Position numbers and translations under genes: made by a program. A stretch of DNA of 64,000 nucleotides from a virus (Duplodnaviria; Caudoviricetes), in IMG/VR virus record IMGVR_UViG_2645728028_000002, positions 1 to 64,000 of that record, one strand, 5' to 3'. This document shows, one piece after another, positions 20,560-30,119 of the stretch. The first letter of the stretch is position 1. Each line of letters starts with the position of its first letter. Under the pieces are notes generated by a model, which saw only the letters and a list, made by a program, of their open reading frames with translations, was not told where the DNA came from and made no database searches.

Positions 20560-21549
20560 TTAAAACAACTCATCAATTTCATCATCATTGTCTTTAACTA
20601 TGTAAATCTTAGTGGTATCGGGTGAATTATGTCCGAGTAATGATTGGATTGCATCTATTGATTTATTAGAACTAAGTGCTAAATTTGTTGCTCTACTACT
20701 TCTTAAAAGGTGAGGATGAACACGTCTACCTACAATTTCACTAAATATTTCAGAACACCAATAATTAAATGCTCCAGCCGCTAAAGGTGTAACTTTTCCT
20801 TCTTTAGTTTTCTTAACGAACATGTACTCACAATCATCTTCGCCACGAACTTCATTCCATTTTCTTAATGCCACCATAGCTACATCATCAAATGGGAATC
20901 GTCTGATTTTTCCAGCCGTTCCTCGTCCTTTGCAGCGAATGTCTGAAGTTAAGTAATACCCTTTTTCTTCTTTAGTCTTAGGATCAATTGCTTTCTTATA
21001 GCGAACTGTTTCACGAAGAAGTTGAGCACTTTCACCACGTCTACAGCCAGTAATGTACGTGAATAAAAGATATGCGACCATTTGCCATTCTTCTCTTTGT
21101 TTCAGCTCATCTATTAACATACTAAATTCTTCTTCTGTCAAAGGTTCTTTCTTATGTCTTTTATCGACTGCTGGATTAGGAATCTTTTTATTATAGATAT
21201 TTCTAAAGAGTGGAAATTCGTCACTGTAATACAATTCAATATATCCACACAAACTTGATACAGATGACCTTTTAAATTTCACAGCGCTTGATGATAGACC
21301 TCTTCCCATTAGAAAGTTTTGATACCTAAGAGCATCACGAGGTTTTAAATCAGTTATTGACTTATTCCCACAACTTTCTTTAACCCACCTAAAAAACAAT
21401 TTAAGGCTCGATTTGTACTGGTTAAGAGTTTGTGGACTCAAATGGGCTTGTTGAAGGAATTCATCTGTTATTTCTCTGTTAAATTCATTAACTTCAGACC
21501 ACTCTTGTTCAGTCACTTCTTTTAGTTTTTCCAAACATTTCACCTCCAT
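20560..21549 (-). CDS. Tyrosine recombinase in the tail module (YomM-like)
   Basis: Catalytic R (TGCRRGE), K (KGRG), HLLR, LLGH and Y (TTKIY). Confidence 0.9.
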   Translation of the reverse strand: MEVKCLEKLKEVTEQEWSEVNEFNREITDEFLQQAHLSPQTLNQYKSSLKLFFRWVKESCGNKSITDLKPRDALRYQNFLMGRGLSSSAVKFKRSSVSSLCGYIELYYSDEFPLFRNIYNKKIPNPAVDKRHKKEPLTEEEFSMLIDELKQREEWQMVAYLLFTYITGCRRGESAQLLRETVRYKKAIDPKTKEEKGYYLTSDIRCKGRGTAGKIRRFPFDDVAMVALRKWNEVRGEDDCEYMFVKKTKEGKVTPLAAGAFNYWCSEIFSEIVGRRVHPHLLRSSRATNLALSSNKSIDAIQSLLGHNSPDTTKIYIVKDNDDEIDELF

Positions 21550-21560
21550 ATTAAATTAAT

Positions 21561-21974
21561 TCATTCAACATCAATTCCAATACTTTTTAAATCCTTACGA
21601 AGTGAATCAGTTAACTTGCTACTACCATCGAGAGCCTTTCGTGTGTTCTCGGTGAATGGTCTTGGTTTGCCGTTATATTCAAAATCGTATTGATAACCTT
21701 GACCAGTTTCAACAACCTCAGCAACATATCTTCCATCATCTCTTCTGTCATTAAACATTGCCATTCCATCTGCAGTTTCTTCAGCTTCCCAACTTTCCTT
21801 TAATTCACCAGAACGCTCATAAATACGGGGCGTATAAACGTCATAAACGGTTTCCTGAACTTGTTTCTTACCTTCTTCAATCACTGTATTTTTTACAGCA
21901 TTTCCTTGATTCATTGCTTTCTTAGCCATTTGGTTTACATATTTACGAAGATCTTTTAGATCAATAGTTGGCAT
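21561..21974 (-). CDS. HK97-gp10-like tail/neck component (YomN-like)
   Basis: YERSGELKESW and PRPF motifs. Confidence 0.65.
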   Translation of the reverse strand: MPTIDLKDLRKYVNQMAKKAMNQGNAVKNTVIEEGKKQVQETVYDVYTPRIYERSGELKESWEAEETADGMAMFNDRRDDGRYVAEVVETGQGYQYDFEYNGKPRPFTENTRKALDGSSKLTDSLRKDLKSIGIDVE

Positions 21975-21987
21975 CCATGTTCAACTC

Positions 21988-22524
21988 CTATACTTCAGGA
22001 ATTTGCTTTCTGTCTTTGTTTAAGTCTAAATTTTTGAAGATATCCCCATTCTTCAATTCCAATTTAGCAACTTCATCATGCATCTTCTCAGTCATCTTTT
22101 GTAAATAAGCAACATTCCCACTGATCTTAGCCATTTGATCAAACGCTTTCTGAACCTCAGCAGGTATAAATACCTCATCAATAATTTTGGTGAAATATCC
22201 AGAGTCAATTACTGCATTTAGCTCATTTAATTGTTCTGCAAGAGATTTTCCTTTTAACTGAGATTTAAGGTGGGTGAAGTGTTTAATCATCATGAATAAT
22301 GTGTATTTATGAAGCATATCTTCAGAAATTTTCAATTCATCACCTTCAGCAGAAAGCACAGTTGAAATCTCCTTAATCATTTCTTCAATTAGTGTAGGGG
22401 GGAATATTGGATAGAATTTTAATGTGGTTCCATCCTCAAATTCATATTGCTCTTGTGAATGGTATTGTTTTGCTGCTTTTTTCATTTGTGTAAATTTAAT
22501 TTCTGTGTTTTGTTTCTTAGCCAT
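21988..22524 (-). CDS. Putative tail assembly chaperone (YomO-like)
   Basis: KFYPIFPPT...IKHFT pattern; synteny between major tail gene and TMP. Confidence 0.55.
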   Translation of the reverse strand: MAKKQNTEIKFTQMKKAAKQYHSQEQYEFEDGTTLKFYPIFPPTLIEEMIKEISTVLSAEGDELKISEDMLHKYTLFMMIKHFTHLKSQLKGKSLAEQLNELNAVIDSGYFTKIIDEVFIPAEVQKAFDQMAKISGNVAYLQKMTEKMHDEVAKLELKNGDIFKNLDLNKDRKQIPEV

Positions 22525-22607
22525 TTATTGCTTCCTCCTTTTTATCCCTTTATTTCTAAATAAAACTTTGATTTTATAAAAACTTAAAAAAAAAATACAC
22601 TCACTTT

Positions 22608-23969
22608 TTAGTTAGTGGGTGTAAGGGTTTGTGCAACTTTTTTACTTCTTGCCTCATATGCAGTAATTAATTTGAATTTTTCAGCAAAGTCCTTTATAGA
22701 ATCATACCTTTTCATAACTTCTTTATAAAGAAATTCATGTTCGTTTTCTCTCATGACACCAAAGGAAGGTAATGCTTCTTTATATTTACTAAATTTCATT
22801 ATTTCCTTAAGTAATTCTTCATCAGACATATCATGTAAAGTGAAAGTTGATACAAGTCTATCCTTTACTTCAATAAAGGGTAACTCTAAATATGATGAGA
22901 AAATTGAGTATAATTTCTTTTTTATCATTCCCATAGAATTATAGAAAATATCAGGATTTACAGAAATTAATTTAATATTATACTTATTATATAGACTCAT
23001 TTTTTCTTTCATCACAGAATCATAATCATACAATTTTCTTTGTCCATTAAAAGTTTTCATTCCGCCCCATACTTCAACATGAATTTCATTATTCGGAAGA
23101 TAAAAGGTAAAATCACTTCGATAGTTTAAGTTAGAGTCGTACTTTTTAAATGGGTATTGCTCTCTTTTGTAAGGAATGTTTTGAGCGATTAAATAATTGG
23201 CTGTAATTAATTCAAAATTAGACTTATTTATAAAACCTTTATTATCGACTAAATGTACCTTATTGTTGTAACCCATTGAATCCCTTATTTCATTTAGGGT
23301 TCCATGTTTCTGATAGTCTGAAGTGTGAATTTTCAATTCCTTAGATAGAATTCTCTGATCAGGAAAAAATCCATATTCAGTAATAAATTTTTCAATTTTA
23401 GATTTTATTTCTTCTAGAGGCATAATGTATCCATTAGGTTTTCTTTTCTGGATATCGTTAATTTCATACCCTAACTTATTAACCAGTTGACTCAAATCTA
23501 AATTTAAATTTTTAATAGCCCAAGAAATCATATCCCAATTTTTATTTTGTTCCTTATCATCACTTTTACCTGTAAAGCCATTGAACTTAATATATTCCTT
23601 AAGTTCTTTCTCTATATTTTCAATAATCGACCAGTAACCACGAGCACTAGAATCAACTATTAACTTGTTTTCTATTTTATAATTGGTTATTTCCATTCTT
23701 TTCTTATGCCAACAATTTTTACATGCATCCTTTTTAAAAAAATCATATTTTGTTCTAATGTAATCACAATACCTAATGAAATAGGAATTTGGACAATAAT
23801 CACATTTAACAAATAATTCTTTACCTGAGCTTTTTGGTAAATCATCAATACCTACATCAATACTACTGCCTACTGTTACATTTATATATTCTTTTTCCAA
23901 GTAGATTTTTTTATTTCTTGGAGTTATGTTCACTTTTACTGTTTTAGTCATTAACATTTTCAACACCAT
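22608..23969 (-). CDS. Free-standing homing-endonuclease-like protein (Zn ribbon plus PD-(D/E)XK-like domain)
   Basis: KCDYC...CKNC; SNFE...IPYKREQ...RSDF...VEVWG nuclease pattern; very AT-rich with its own promoter. Confidence 0.65.
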   Translation of the reverse strand: MVLKMLMTKTVKVNITPRNKKIYLEKEYINVTVGSSIDVGIDDLPKSSGKELFVKCDYCPNSYFIRYCDYIRTKYDFFKKDACKNCWHKKRMEITNYKIENKLIVDSSARGYWSIIENIEKELKEYIKFNGFTGKSDDKEQNKNWDMISWAIKNLNLDLSQLVNKLGYEINDIQKRKPNGYIMPLEEIKSKIEKFITEYGFFPDQRILSKELKIHTSDYQKHGTLNEIRDSMGYNNKVHLVDNKGFINKSNFELITANYLIAQNIPYKREQYPFKKYDSNLNYRSDFTFYLPNNEIHVEVWGGMKTFNGQRKLYDYDSVMKEKMSLYNKYNIKLISVNPDIFYNSMGMIKKKLYSIFSSYLELPFIEVKDRLVSTFTLHDMSDEELLKEIMKFSKYKEALPSFGVMRENEHEFLYKEVMKRYDSIKDFAEKFKLITAYEARSKKVAQTLTPTN

Positions 23970-24063
23970 CCCTAGTGTATTATCCCTCTAAAAAGTTAGG
24001 AAGAGAGGTGGGATTTACCTCTCTTATCAGTTGAGTTAATTAGGCTAAACTTATCCTGATTAA

Positions 24064-24092
24064 ATTATATTAAATTATTTAATAATAGTCAA
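24064..24092 (-). promoter_or_regulatory. SigA promoter with 17-bp operator, upstream of the free-standing endonuclease
   Basis: TTGACT-17bp-TATAAT; TATTAAATTATTTAATA at 24068-24084. Confidence 0.75.
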
Positions 24093-24107
24093 TGTCATTT
24101 CGGATTT

Positions 24108-24338
24108 TTATTTAATTTTTTCGAATTTAATTGAATGCGGATCTTTTAAGTCTCCAAAATAGGAAACCTCAATCTCATTTCCGACATGCGCTTTGAAATC
24201 TTTATCAAAGTACACTCTCATTCTCCATCCTTGAACATTAACAATAACTGAGTTTTCTTCTTTATCGTGTACTGCTAATGTTATTTTCTTAATTTCTGGT
24301 TGAACTTCTTTCTTTTCAATATTAATTTCTTTTTTCAA
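24108..24338 (-). CDS. Small conserved tail-region protein
   Basis: 76 aa, GGAGGTG RBS, directly downstream of the major tail gene as in SPbeta-like phages. Confidence 0.6.
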   Translation of the reverse strand: MKKEINIEKKEVQPEIKKITLAVHDKEENSVIVNVQGWRMRVYFDKDFKAHVGNEIEVSYFGDLKDPHSIKFEKIK

Positions 24339-24403
24339 AGTTTAACACACCTCCCATAAAGGGGAGAGGAGGGCATTGTTCCTCCTCTGTATTTGATTAT
24401 TTA

Positions 24404-24516
24404 TTATACAATGGCATTGTCATCGTATACTACAAGTTCCCACATGTCTGTGTTAACTGCTGATTTAAGAATTTCCATGTTCAAGTCAAGAACTGCAGGA
24501 TCTCCATCTGCACTAA
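24404..24516 (-). CDS. Major tail protein, exon 2
   Basis: Encodes (F)SADGDPAVLDLNMEILKSAVNTDMWELVVYDDNAIV*; in frame with exon 1 after splicing (261 aa total). Confidence 0.85.
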
Positions 24517-24792
24517 CGTTATTCTTCATATAGATTCGCTACATCTATACCGTCAAATTATTGACTGCTTTATGTTTCCATAAAGACGAGACTATATCAA
24601 AATCTTCAGCTCGAACTGTTAAGATTTCACCCATTTCCACTACCAATCGCTTGTAGTGTACGGCTTTCGCCTAGTCGTTGCACCTTCCGAATAGTCGGCT
24701 TGGCTCAAGATTGTCCTCAGCGTTATCTGTTAGGAGTTTCCTTGAATTAAGGTGATTTCGATATGATATTTCTATCATAAAGCCCAAAGTTT
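24517..24792 (-). ncRNA. ORF-less group I intron (276 nt) in the major tail gene
   Basis: 5' site UCCU|AAACUUUGGG (U.G pair); AAUUCAAGGAA/AAUCUUGAG P4 region, GCAACGACUAG, GAUAUAGUCU; terminal AACG|UUAGU. Confidence 0.9.
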
Positions 24793-25465
24793 AGGAAAGG
24801 TTAAAGTTGTCCTCGAACTTAGCGTTTGGAATACGTAACTGACCTTGGAATGCTGCTTTAGTGAATTCATCAACTACTAAGCAATCAAGCACAACACGGA
24901 AAGACTTACCGAATTGGTCAGAAGTAACTTTAATTGTTTTAGCATCAGTTGCAGTATTCACTTGGTAATAAATACGGAATTGAGTTCCGTTAGTAACTGC
25001 AGAGTTAAAAGTTAATTCTTTACCAACTACAGAATACGCTTTTGGTTCAGAAGCAGGTGCACCAAGGGTATATTCTTCTCCATTTGTTCCGTCTGGATTT
25101 AATTTGAATACAGATACAATTGCTCCTTGAGGAGTCTTATCAAGAGTGATTTTACTAGAAGTTACTGATCCAACTTCATTACGGTCTACTTTCTTAGTGC
25201 CAGCCACAAGATCATTACCAGTTAACATTGCGATTGCTGCATTGTCAAAAATAGCATCTTGAAGAGTAATTTTCGCTTCACGGTTAGACGAGAAACCAAC
25301 TAATTTAGCGTTACCACGACCACCACGAGCATAAACTGTTTCACCAGTTGTCTCTACTCCAGAAGTCTTAAGAGTTGTTAATGTGACCCTTGCTTTACCA
25401 GTAGTAAGGTCATAGAATGTAGCGATACCGGCTTCTTTTATCGCCCAGCGATTAGGTGTTGCCAT
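24793..25465 (-). CDS. Major tail (tube) protein, exon 1 (YomU-like)
   Basis: LKTSGVETTGETVYARGGRGNAKLV motif; apparent stop at 24791-24793 spans the 5' splice site. Confidence 0.85.
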
Positions 25466-25491
25466 TAATAATCATCCTTTCAAATATTAAA

Positions 25492-26235
25492 TTATTTTAT
25501 TTTAATAACGTTAGCCCAATTAATATCAGGTAACTTTATTTTTGAACCATCAATATTACCTGTATAAATCCCTGTCATGGTTTGCTGATAACTATCAACT
25601 AAGCCTAACCTGTAATAGCCGTCATAGAGTTGATATATCGTTAATCTAAGAATTTTCTTAATTCCATCAGTTCTCCAAGAGACAGCAGACAATATACTAT
25701 GTAAGTTGATTTTTTGTTCTTTTTTCTTTAGTTTTTCTAACATTGCTTTTCTCTTTTTCTGCTCTTCCATGAATTTTCTTGCTCTTTCATTTCCTGCTTG
25801 ATACTCTTCCTCTTTGCTTTCTTCAGGAATAAAGTTTCCTATCCTAATCATCTTCTTTATCAAGTCCCACTTTTCCTGAGTCAAAATAGCATTTTCACTT
25901 AATTCATCAAAATAAATTAATCCATTTTCAAACAACATGGGTTCACTATCAAAGAAGGTTCTTAGTGCATCAAACATTGTTTCTCTGAATGAAGGGTCAT
26001 GCAGCATTAATGAGGCAAGTACGTCCATATCACTATAATCGCTTATGTCTTCACTAGTTGATTCCAATTGACTTTTAGAAAATAGTATTCTAGAAAGGTG
26101 CATATGATATAAGTTTTCGCTCATTCCTATAACCCGTTTAATAGTAGGAAGTTGAAAGTTACCTATTCCTTCAACATAAACAGGAGTATTAGCAAGCAAC
26201 TTTAATTTAATTTCATCTTCATTCATGGTAATCAC
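25492..26235 (-). CDS. Virion morphogenesis protein (YomV-like)
   Basis: LTIYQLYD motif; synteny. Confidence 0.6.
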   Translation of the reverse strand: MITMNEDEIKLKLLANTPVYVEGIGNFQLPTIKRVIGMSENLYHMHLSRILFSKSQLESTSEDISDYSDMDVLASLMLHDPSFRETMFDALRTFFDSEPMLFENGLIYFDELSENAILTQEKWDLIKKMIRIGNFIPEESKEEEYQAGNERARKFMEEQKKRKAMLEKLKKKEQKINLHSILSAVSWRTDGIKKILRLTIYQLYDGYYRLGLVDSYQQTMTGIYTGNIDGSKIKLPDINWANVIKIK

Positions 26236-26238
26236 AAC

Positions 26239-26718
26239 CTAATAATTCTCACTTACAAATTCGTAAATGTATTTATACCCGATGTACCCACTTGGAGGAT
26301 TACCAATTATAAACATTTGATCAGATTTAGTTTTACTAAATCCTGTAATATGTTCATCATGAAGAATTCCATTAAGTCTATCAGCAATCCAAAGCGATCT
26401 AGCATCATTTGAGTCATACTTATCAATGTGACAATAAATATCGAATACTACGTCTTGGTGAGCGAAGTGAGAATTTGACCTACCATTATTTCTATTTCCA
26501 AAATAAACACAGACTCTACAAATCTCTTTATTGGTAATATCATCAGTTTTGGGAGATCTCATGATTCTTTCTTTGCGAATATCAGCATAATCAGGTAAAC
26601 TCTTAACATCCTGTTTACTTTGATTCAAAGGATCAGTAGGGTAATAGAGTAGACGAAGTAGTTCTTCATCATTCCCAACAACTTTGAAAATATCAATAAG
26701 ATTCTTTCGTAACTCCAT
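26239..26718 (-). CDS. Tail terminator/neck protein (YomW-like)
   Basis: NDEELLRLLYY motif; synteny. Confidence 0.6.
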   Translation of the reverse strand: MELRKNLIDIFKVVGNDEELLRLLYYPTDPLNQSKQDVKSLPDYADIRKERIMRSPKTDDITNKEICRVCVYFGNRNNGRSNSHFAHQDVVFDIYCHIDKYDSNDARSLWIADRLNGILHDEHITGFSKTKSDQMFIIGNPPSGYIGYKYIYEFVSENY

Positions 26719-26721
26719 TTA

Positions 26722-27348
26722 CTACACCCTCTTTCCCTTGATGATTACTAATCCAGTTTGATTAATTGCCTTAGTGTAATCAATTCCAATAATTTTATAT
26801 GTGGCATTGTACATTTTAAATTCTTTACCTTCTAAAATGTTTTCACTTTCAGTGTATGGAATTGTAACTTCTATCTGCCCTTCAGGTAAATTAATAGGTT
26901 CATCTGTATTAGCAGACTGCATGCTCGTACTTACTATACAAGGAGAAGTGACCTCTGTTACTGTATCTTCATAAATAGGTTCATCGAACTCATTGTAACC
27001 AATTAAAACACTTGTTTTATTGGAACTGATAGGAAATGTTGAGTTGCAAAGTTGAATCTCTGCTTTTCTATAAATCTTATTATCTTCTGGCAATGTAGTA
27101 ATTAACCAATTCAACTCTCTAACTTTTAATAAGTTTCCTCGTTCGATATCTTGAATTCGCCCAATTACTTTCTTAGTCTCACTGTTGCTATCCCACTTTT
27201 CATAAATTAAAACTTTAGAGTGAATTGAATCATTAATAATAACTTCATATCCTGCAAACCCATCTAATGATTGCTCTAATATTAACAGTCCATCATGAGT
27301 TATTTTGTCATTAGTATTTAAACCATGATAATTACTATAGTCCTTCAT
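26722..27348 (-). CDS. Head-closure protein (YomX-like)
   Basis: Synteny; start refined to ATG 27348 (GGTGA RBS). Confidence 0.55.
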   Translation of the reverse strand: MKDYSNYHGLNTNDKITHDGLLILEQSLDGFAGYEVIINDSIHSKVLIYEKWDSNSETKKVIGRIQDIERGNLLKVRELNWLITTLPEDNKIYRKAEIQLCNSTFPISSNKTSVLIGYNEFDEPIYEDTVTEVTSPCIVSTSMQSANTDEPINLPEGQIEVTIPYTESENILEGKEFKMYNATYKIIGIDYTKAINQTGLVIIKGKRV

Positions 27349-27580
27349 TTTCATCACCACATTCAATATGTAAATGATTAGTTAACTTAGTAATATCAGC
27401 ACTAACTGTCAACAAGATATCTCGGATTTCAGCTAACTGAGGATCATCAAGTAGTTTCTTGTCCAAATAAGACTCAAGTAAATACAGTACAGAATTATTA
27501 CGCTTACTTAATCTAGAACAATGAGTATAAAGGCTCTCTAACTCCTTGGAATGAGGATTTACAATCTTAACTTCAATCAT
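27335..27580 (-). CDS. Small virion-module protein (YomY-like)
   Basis: 81 aa, overlaps both neighbouring genes. Confidence 0.55.
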   Translation of the reverse strand: MIEVKIVNPHSKELESLYTHCSRLSKRNNSVLYLLESYLDKKLLDDPQLAEIRDILLTVSADITKLTNHLHIECGDENEGL

Positions 27581-27972
27581 AAGAAATCCTCCTCAGTGTA
27601 CATAATTAGAGTATCAATTGTTCTTTCTTGCTCTTTCACAGAAGTCTCCAATGATCTAAGTTGAGTACCAAAGTTCCTAAGTCCCACATCAGAACTAAAT
27701 GGCTGCCATAATGACTCAAAGTAAGTTTTTTGGTTAACTAAGAAAAGCAAACGAATATAATGTGCAAGAATCAGTAGACTGTCTTCAGACAATTCTTCAC
27801 TCACTGTTTCAGTAATATCGTCACACATTATTTTCTTACGTAGTCGATTATTAAAATGCATTGTAGCGTTTCTGATTTGCTCATAGATTTTCTCGGGTGT
27901 GTTAGGTAAATCAATATCTGAAACCTTACAATTGTTTAAGAAAGTCTGCCAAATTTGATCATAGGTGGTCAT
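27577..27972 (-). CDS. Head-tail adaptor (YomZ-like)
   Basis: MTTYDQIWQTFL start; synteny downstream of the capsid gene. Confidence 0.6.
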   Translation of the reverse strand: MTTYDQIWQTFLNNCKVSDIDLPNTPEKIYEQIRNATMHFNNRLRKKIMCDDITETVSEELSEDSLLILAHYIRLLFLVNQKTYFESLWQPFSSDVGLRNFGTQLRSLETSVKEQERTIDTLIMYTEEDFL

Positions 27973-27986
27973 AACTCAGCCACCCC

Positions 27987-28451
27987 TTAATCAAACAAAA
28001 TATCAGAATCTACGCCCATCCACTCTGATAGAAAATCTAATTTACCTTTTGTTAGATCATCTTTTAATGCAGACGCAACTTCAATTACAAACTGTTTTTC
28101 TGAATCAACAGTAATTTTCTTAAGTTCAGCCTTCATTTTGTTTATGTTTCCACCAAGTAATTTTTCGATTTCTTCTTTGGAGTGAGTGTTATTCTCATAT
28201 GTTTCAATTTCAACAATTCCATCTTTAACATCTTTTGTGAATTCATTATCTTCAACAATAACTAGTTCACCTTTGTCGAAGCACACACTGTTCATTTGAA
28301 GCCATTCTACAACCTCTTTAGGTACTTCTTTAGTGTCTATTTTTCCATTACGGCTACCAGCCCAAGACCATTGACGATTTGAACCGTCTGCATCATATCT
28401 AACAAAGTAAGAAGTGTTTCTGTGTCTTGCCAATTTAATTTTTTCAGCCAT
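27987..28451 (-). CDS. Virion-module protein (YonA-like)
   Basis: Start refined to ATG 28451 (GGAGGAG RBS); synteny. Confidence 0.6.
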   Translation of the reverse strand: MAEKIKLARHRNTSYFVRYDADGSNRQWSWAGSRNGKIDTKEVPKEVVEWLQMNSVCFDKGELVIVEDNEFTKDVKDGIVEIETYENNTHSKEEIEKLLGGNINKMKAELKKITVDSEKQFVIEVASALKDDLTKGKLDFLSEWMGVDSDILFD

Positions 28452-28522
28452 TTTTAAATCTCCTCCTAATATCCTAAAAGGTGGCAGATAATCCACCACC
28501 TTCAAATTATTTAATTAAATTA

Positions 28523-29539
28523 TTATAGAGTTACTGCAGCTTGCTCTTCAATTACACCGATTGCTTCACCAAATACAAGGTTGATAGAAACATCTTGAGT
28601 AATCTTCATTTTTACTCGCTCGTCTTCGATATCTTGTTCAGTTTGTTGACGTAATCCACCGTACTCAATTACAGAGAATGGCTTTTGCTCAACTCCACCA
28701 GCAAACATGTAACCTTTGTTTACAGGAAGTTCAACTTTAGAGTTGGAAGCATCAGTAAATGGATTTACAAGGTTAACCGCAGTAGTACGTGCAATACGAG
28801 TAGGGTTAAGAGCAGTAAGCAACTCGTCTTTAATACCATCAGTTAAAAGGTTCTTGAAAGTACTGTCAGTAGCTTGCTGCATTGCAAAGTAGTCAATTAG
28901 TAAAGAGTCACCAACAAATACTGGACGACCACCATAACGCTGAAGAACAGAAGCAACTTTGTTATACTCTTGAATAGTGATGTTAGAACCAGTTTTAACG
29001 TTAGCAGCAGGGATCTTTCCACTTGCAATTGCTTGAGCAGTTAAAGCGTTAATTTTGTCTAGGTATAGACGAACTTTAGCATTAGCAACATCGTTAACTA
29101 ATTTACGGAAATACGTTTCAGATTCTTTTACAAGATCAAGTGGCTCATAGTAGAAACCAGTAGAAAGATGAGCAGGTACAGCAAAGATTGACTTTTTACC
29201 TTCTACACGTACTAGGTCTACGCCAGAACCAGTAGCAGACCAAACAACTTTCGCTTTGTTCTTTTGAGGAATCTTAAGCTCTTTGATGTTTCCACGAGTC
29301 TCAGAATCAACATTTGCAAAAATGCTAAGTAGGTTAGTTACCATAGGTTTTGCAATTTCATCAGCAGTTTCAACTACAAGTTGGTTAAATTGGTGAAGCA
29401 TAGAAGGATCTGGATTAGCAGAACCGTCACCAAATACTTTTGTAATGTATGCTTTAATATCAGCAGAATCAGTTTCTTCCATCTTGCTATTGTATACACG
29501 GCTAAATAAGCCTTTTAATTTCATGCTATCAAGTTTCAT
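28523..29539 (-). CDS. Major capsid protein (YonB-like)
   Basis: 338 aa, codon usage of a highly expressed gene, follows scaffold and decoration genes. Confidence 0.75.
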   Translation of the reverse strand: MKLDSMKLKGLFSRVYNSKMEETDSADIKAYITKVFGDGSANPDPSMLHQFNQLVVETADEIAKPMVTNLLSIFANVDSETRGNIKELKIPQKNKAKVVWSATGSGVDLVRVEGKKSIFAVPAHLSTGFYYEPLDLVKESETYFRKLVNDVANAKVRLYLDKINALTAQAIASGKIPAANVKTGSNITIQEYNKVASVLQRYGGRPVFVGDSLLIDYFAMQQATDSTFKNLLTDGIKDELLTALNPTRIARTTAVNLVNPFTDASNSKVELPVNKGYMFAGGVEQKPFSVIEYGGLRQQTEQDIEDERVKMKITQDVSINLVFGEAIGVIEEQAAVTL

Positions 29540-29575
29540 AATATATTAATCTCCTTTTTATTAAAATAATTTAAA

Positions 29576-30091
29576 TTAAGCTTCAATTACTTCTAAGCGA
29601 ACAAGTGCTTGACCAATAGTGTATTCCATATCATCTTCGTTAGAAACAACTAGGAATTTTGCTTTTGCTGTAGCGTAATCAGCATGAGTACCATCATGAA
29701 TTAAGAATTTCTTAGATGTGGGATCAAAATGAGCAACTTTTCCATTTGTAGGAGCACCAGTGAAAGCAGAAGTGTCGAAACGAGTGTAACCTTCTTCAAG
29801 AATTACGATTCTTGCACGTTCTCCAACTGCATTGTAAAAATCAGCCATTGCTTCGCCAAGATAGCGAGTCTCAGGAGCAGCAACCAAGTATGCTTTCTTA
29901 TCAACCGCAGAAAGTTGCTTTGCAACACGCTCTCCATCAGTATTGAATCCAAGCTCAACAAGTGTAAAGTTATCTACATCTGCACCTTCAATTAATGCAC
30001 CATTTGCTACAGTTTTTACCTTTAAAGAATTTAAGTTCCCAACAGCATGAGTTCCTACTTGTTGTAAAGCTTTTAAAATACGACTTGCCAT
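29576..30091 (-). CDS. Capsid decoration/minor head protein (YonC-like)
   Basis: Lies between the protease-scaffold and capsid genes. Confidence 0.6.
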   Translation of the reverse strand: MASRILKALQQVGTHAVGNLNSLKVKTVANGALIEGADVDNFTLVELGFNTDGERVAKQLSAVDKKAYLVAAPETRYLGEAMADFYNAVGERARIVILEEGYTRFDTSAFTGAPTNGKVAHFDPTSKKFLIHDGTHADYATAKAKFLVVSNEDDMEYTIGQALVRLEVIEA

Positions 30092-30119
30092 TTTATTTTC
30101 CTCCTAATATTAGTTTATT

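Noticed and set aside
20560-21549. Recombinase as the prophage integrase with a nearby att site
   Set aside because: It sits in the conserved tail-module position with phage genes on both sides; no att or host junction is visible.
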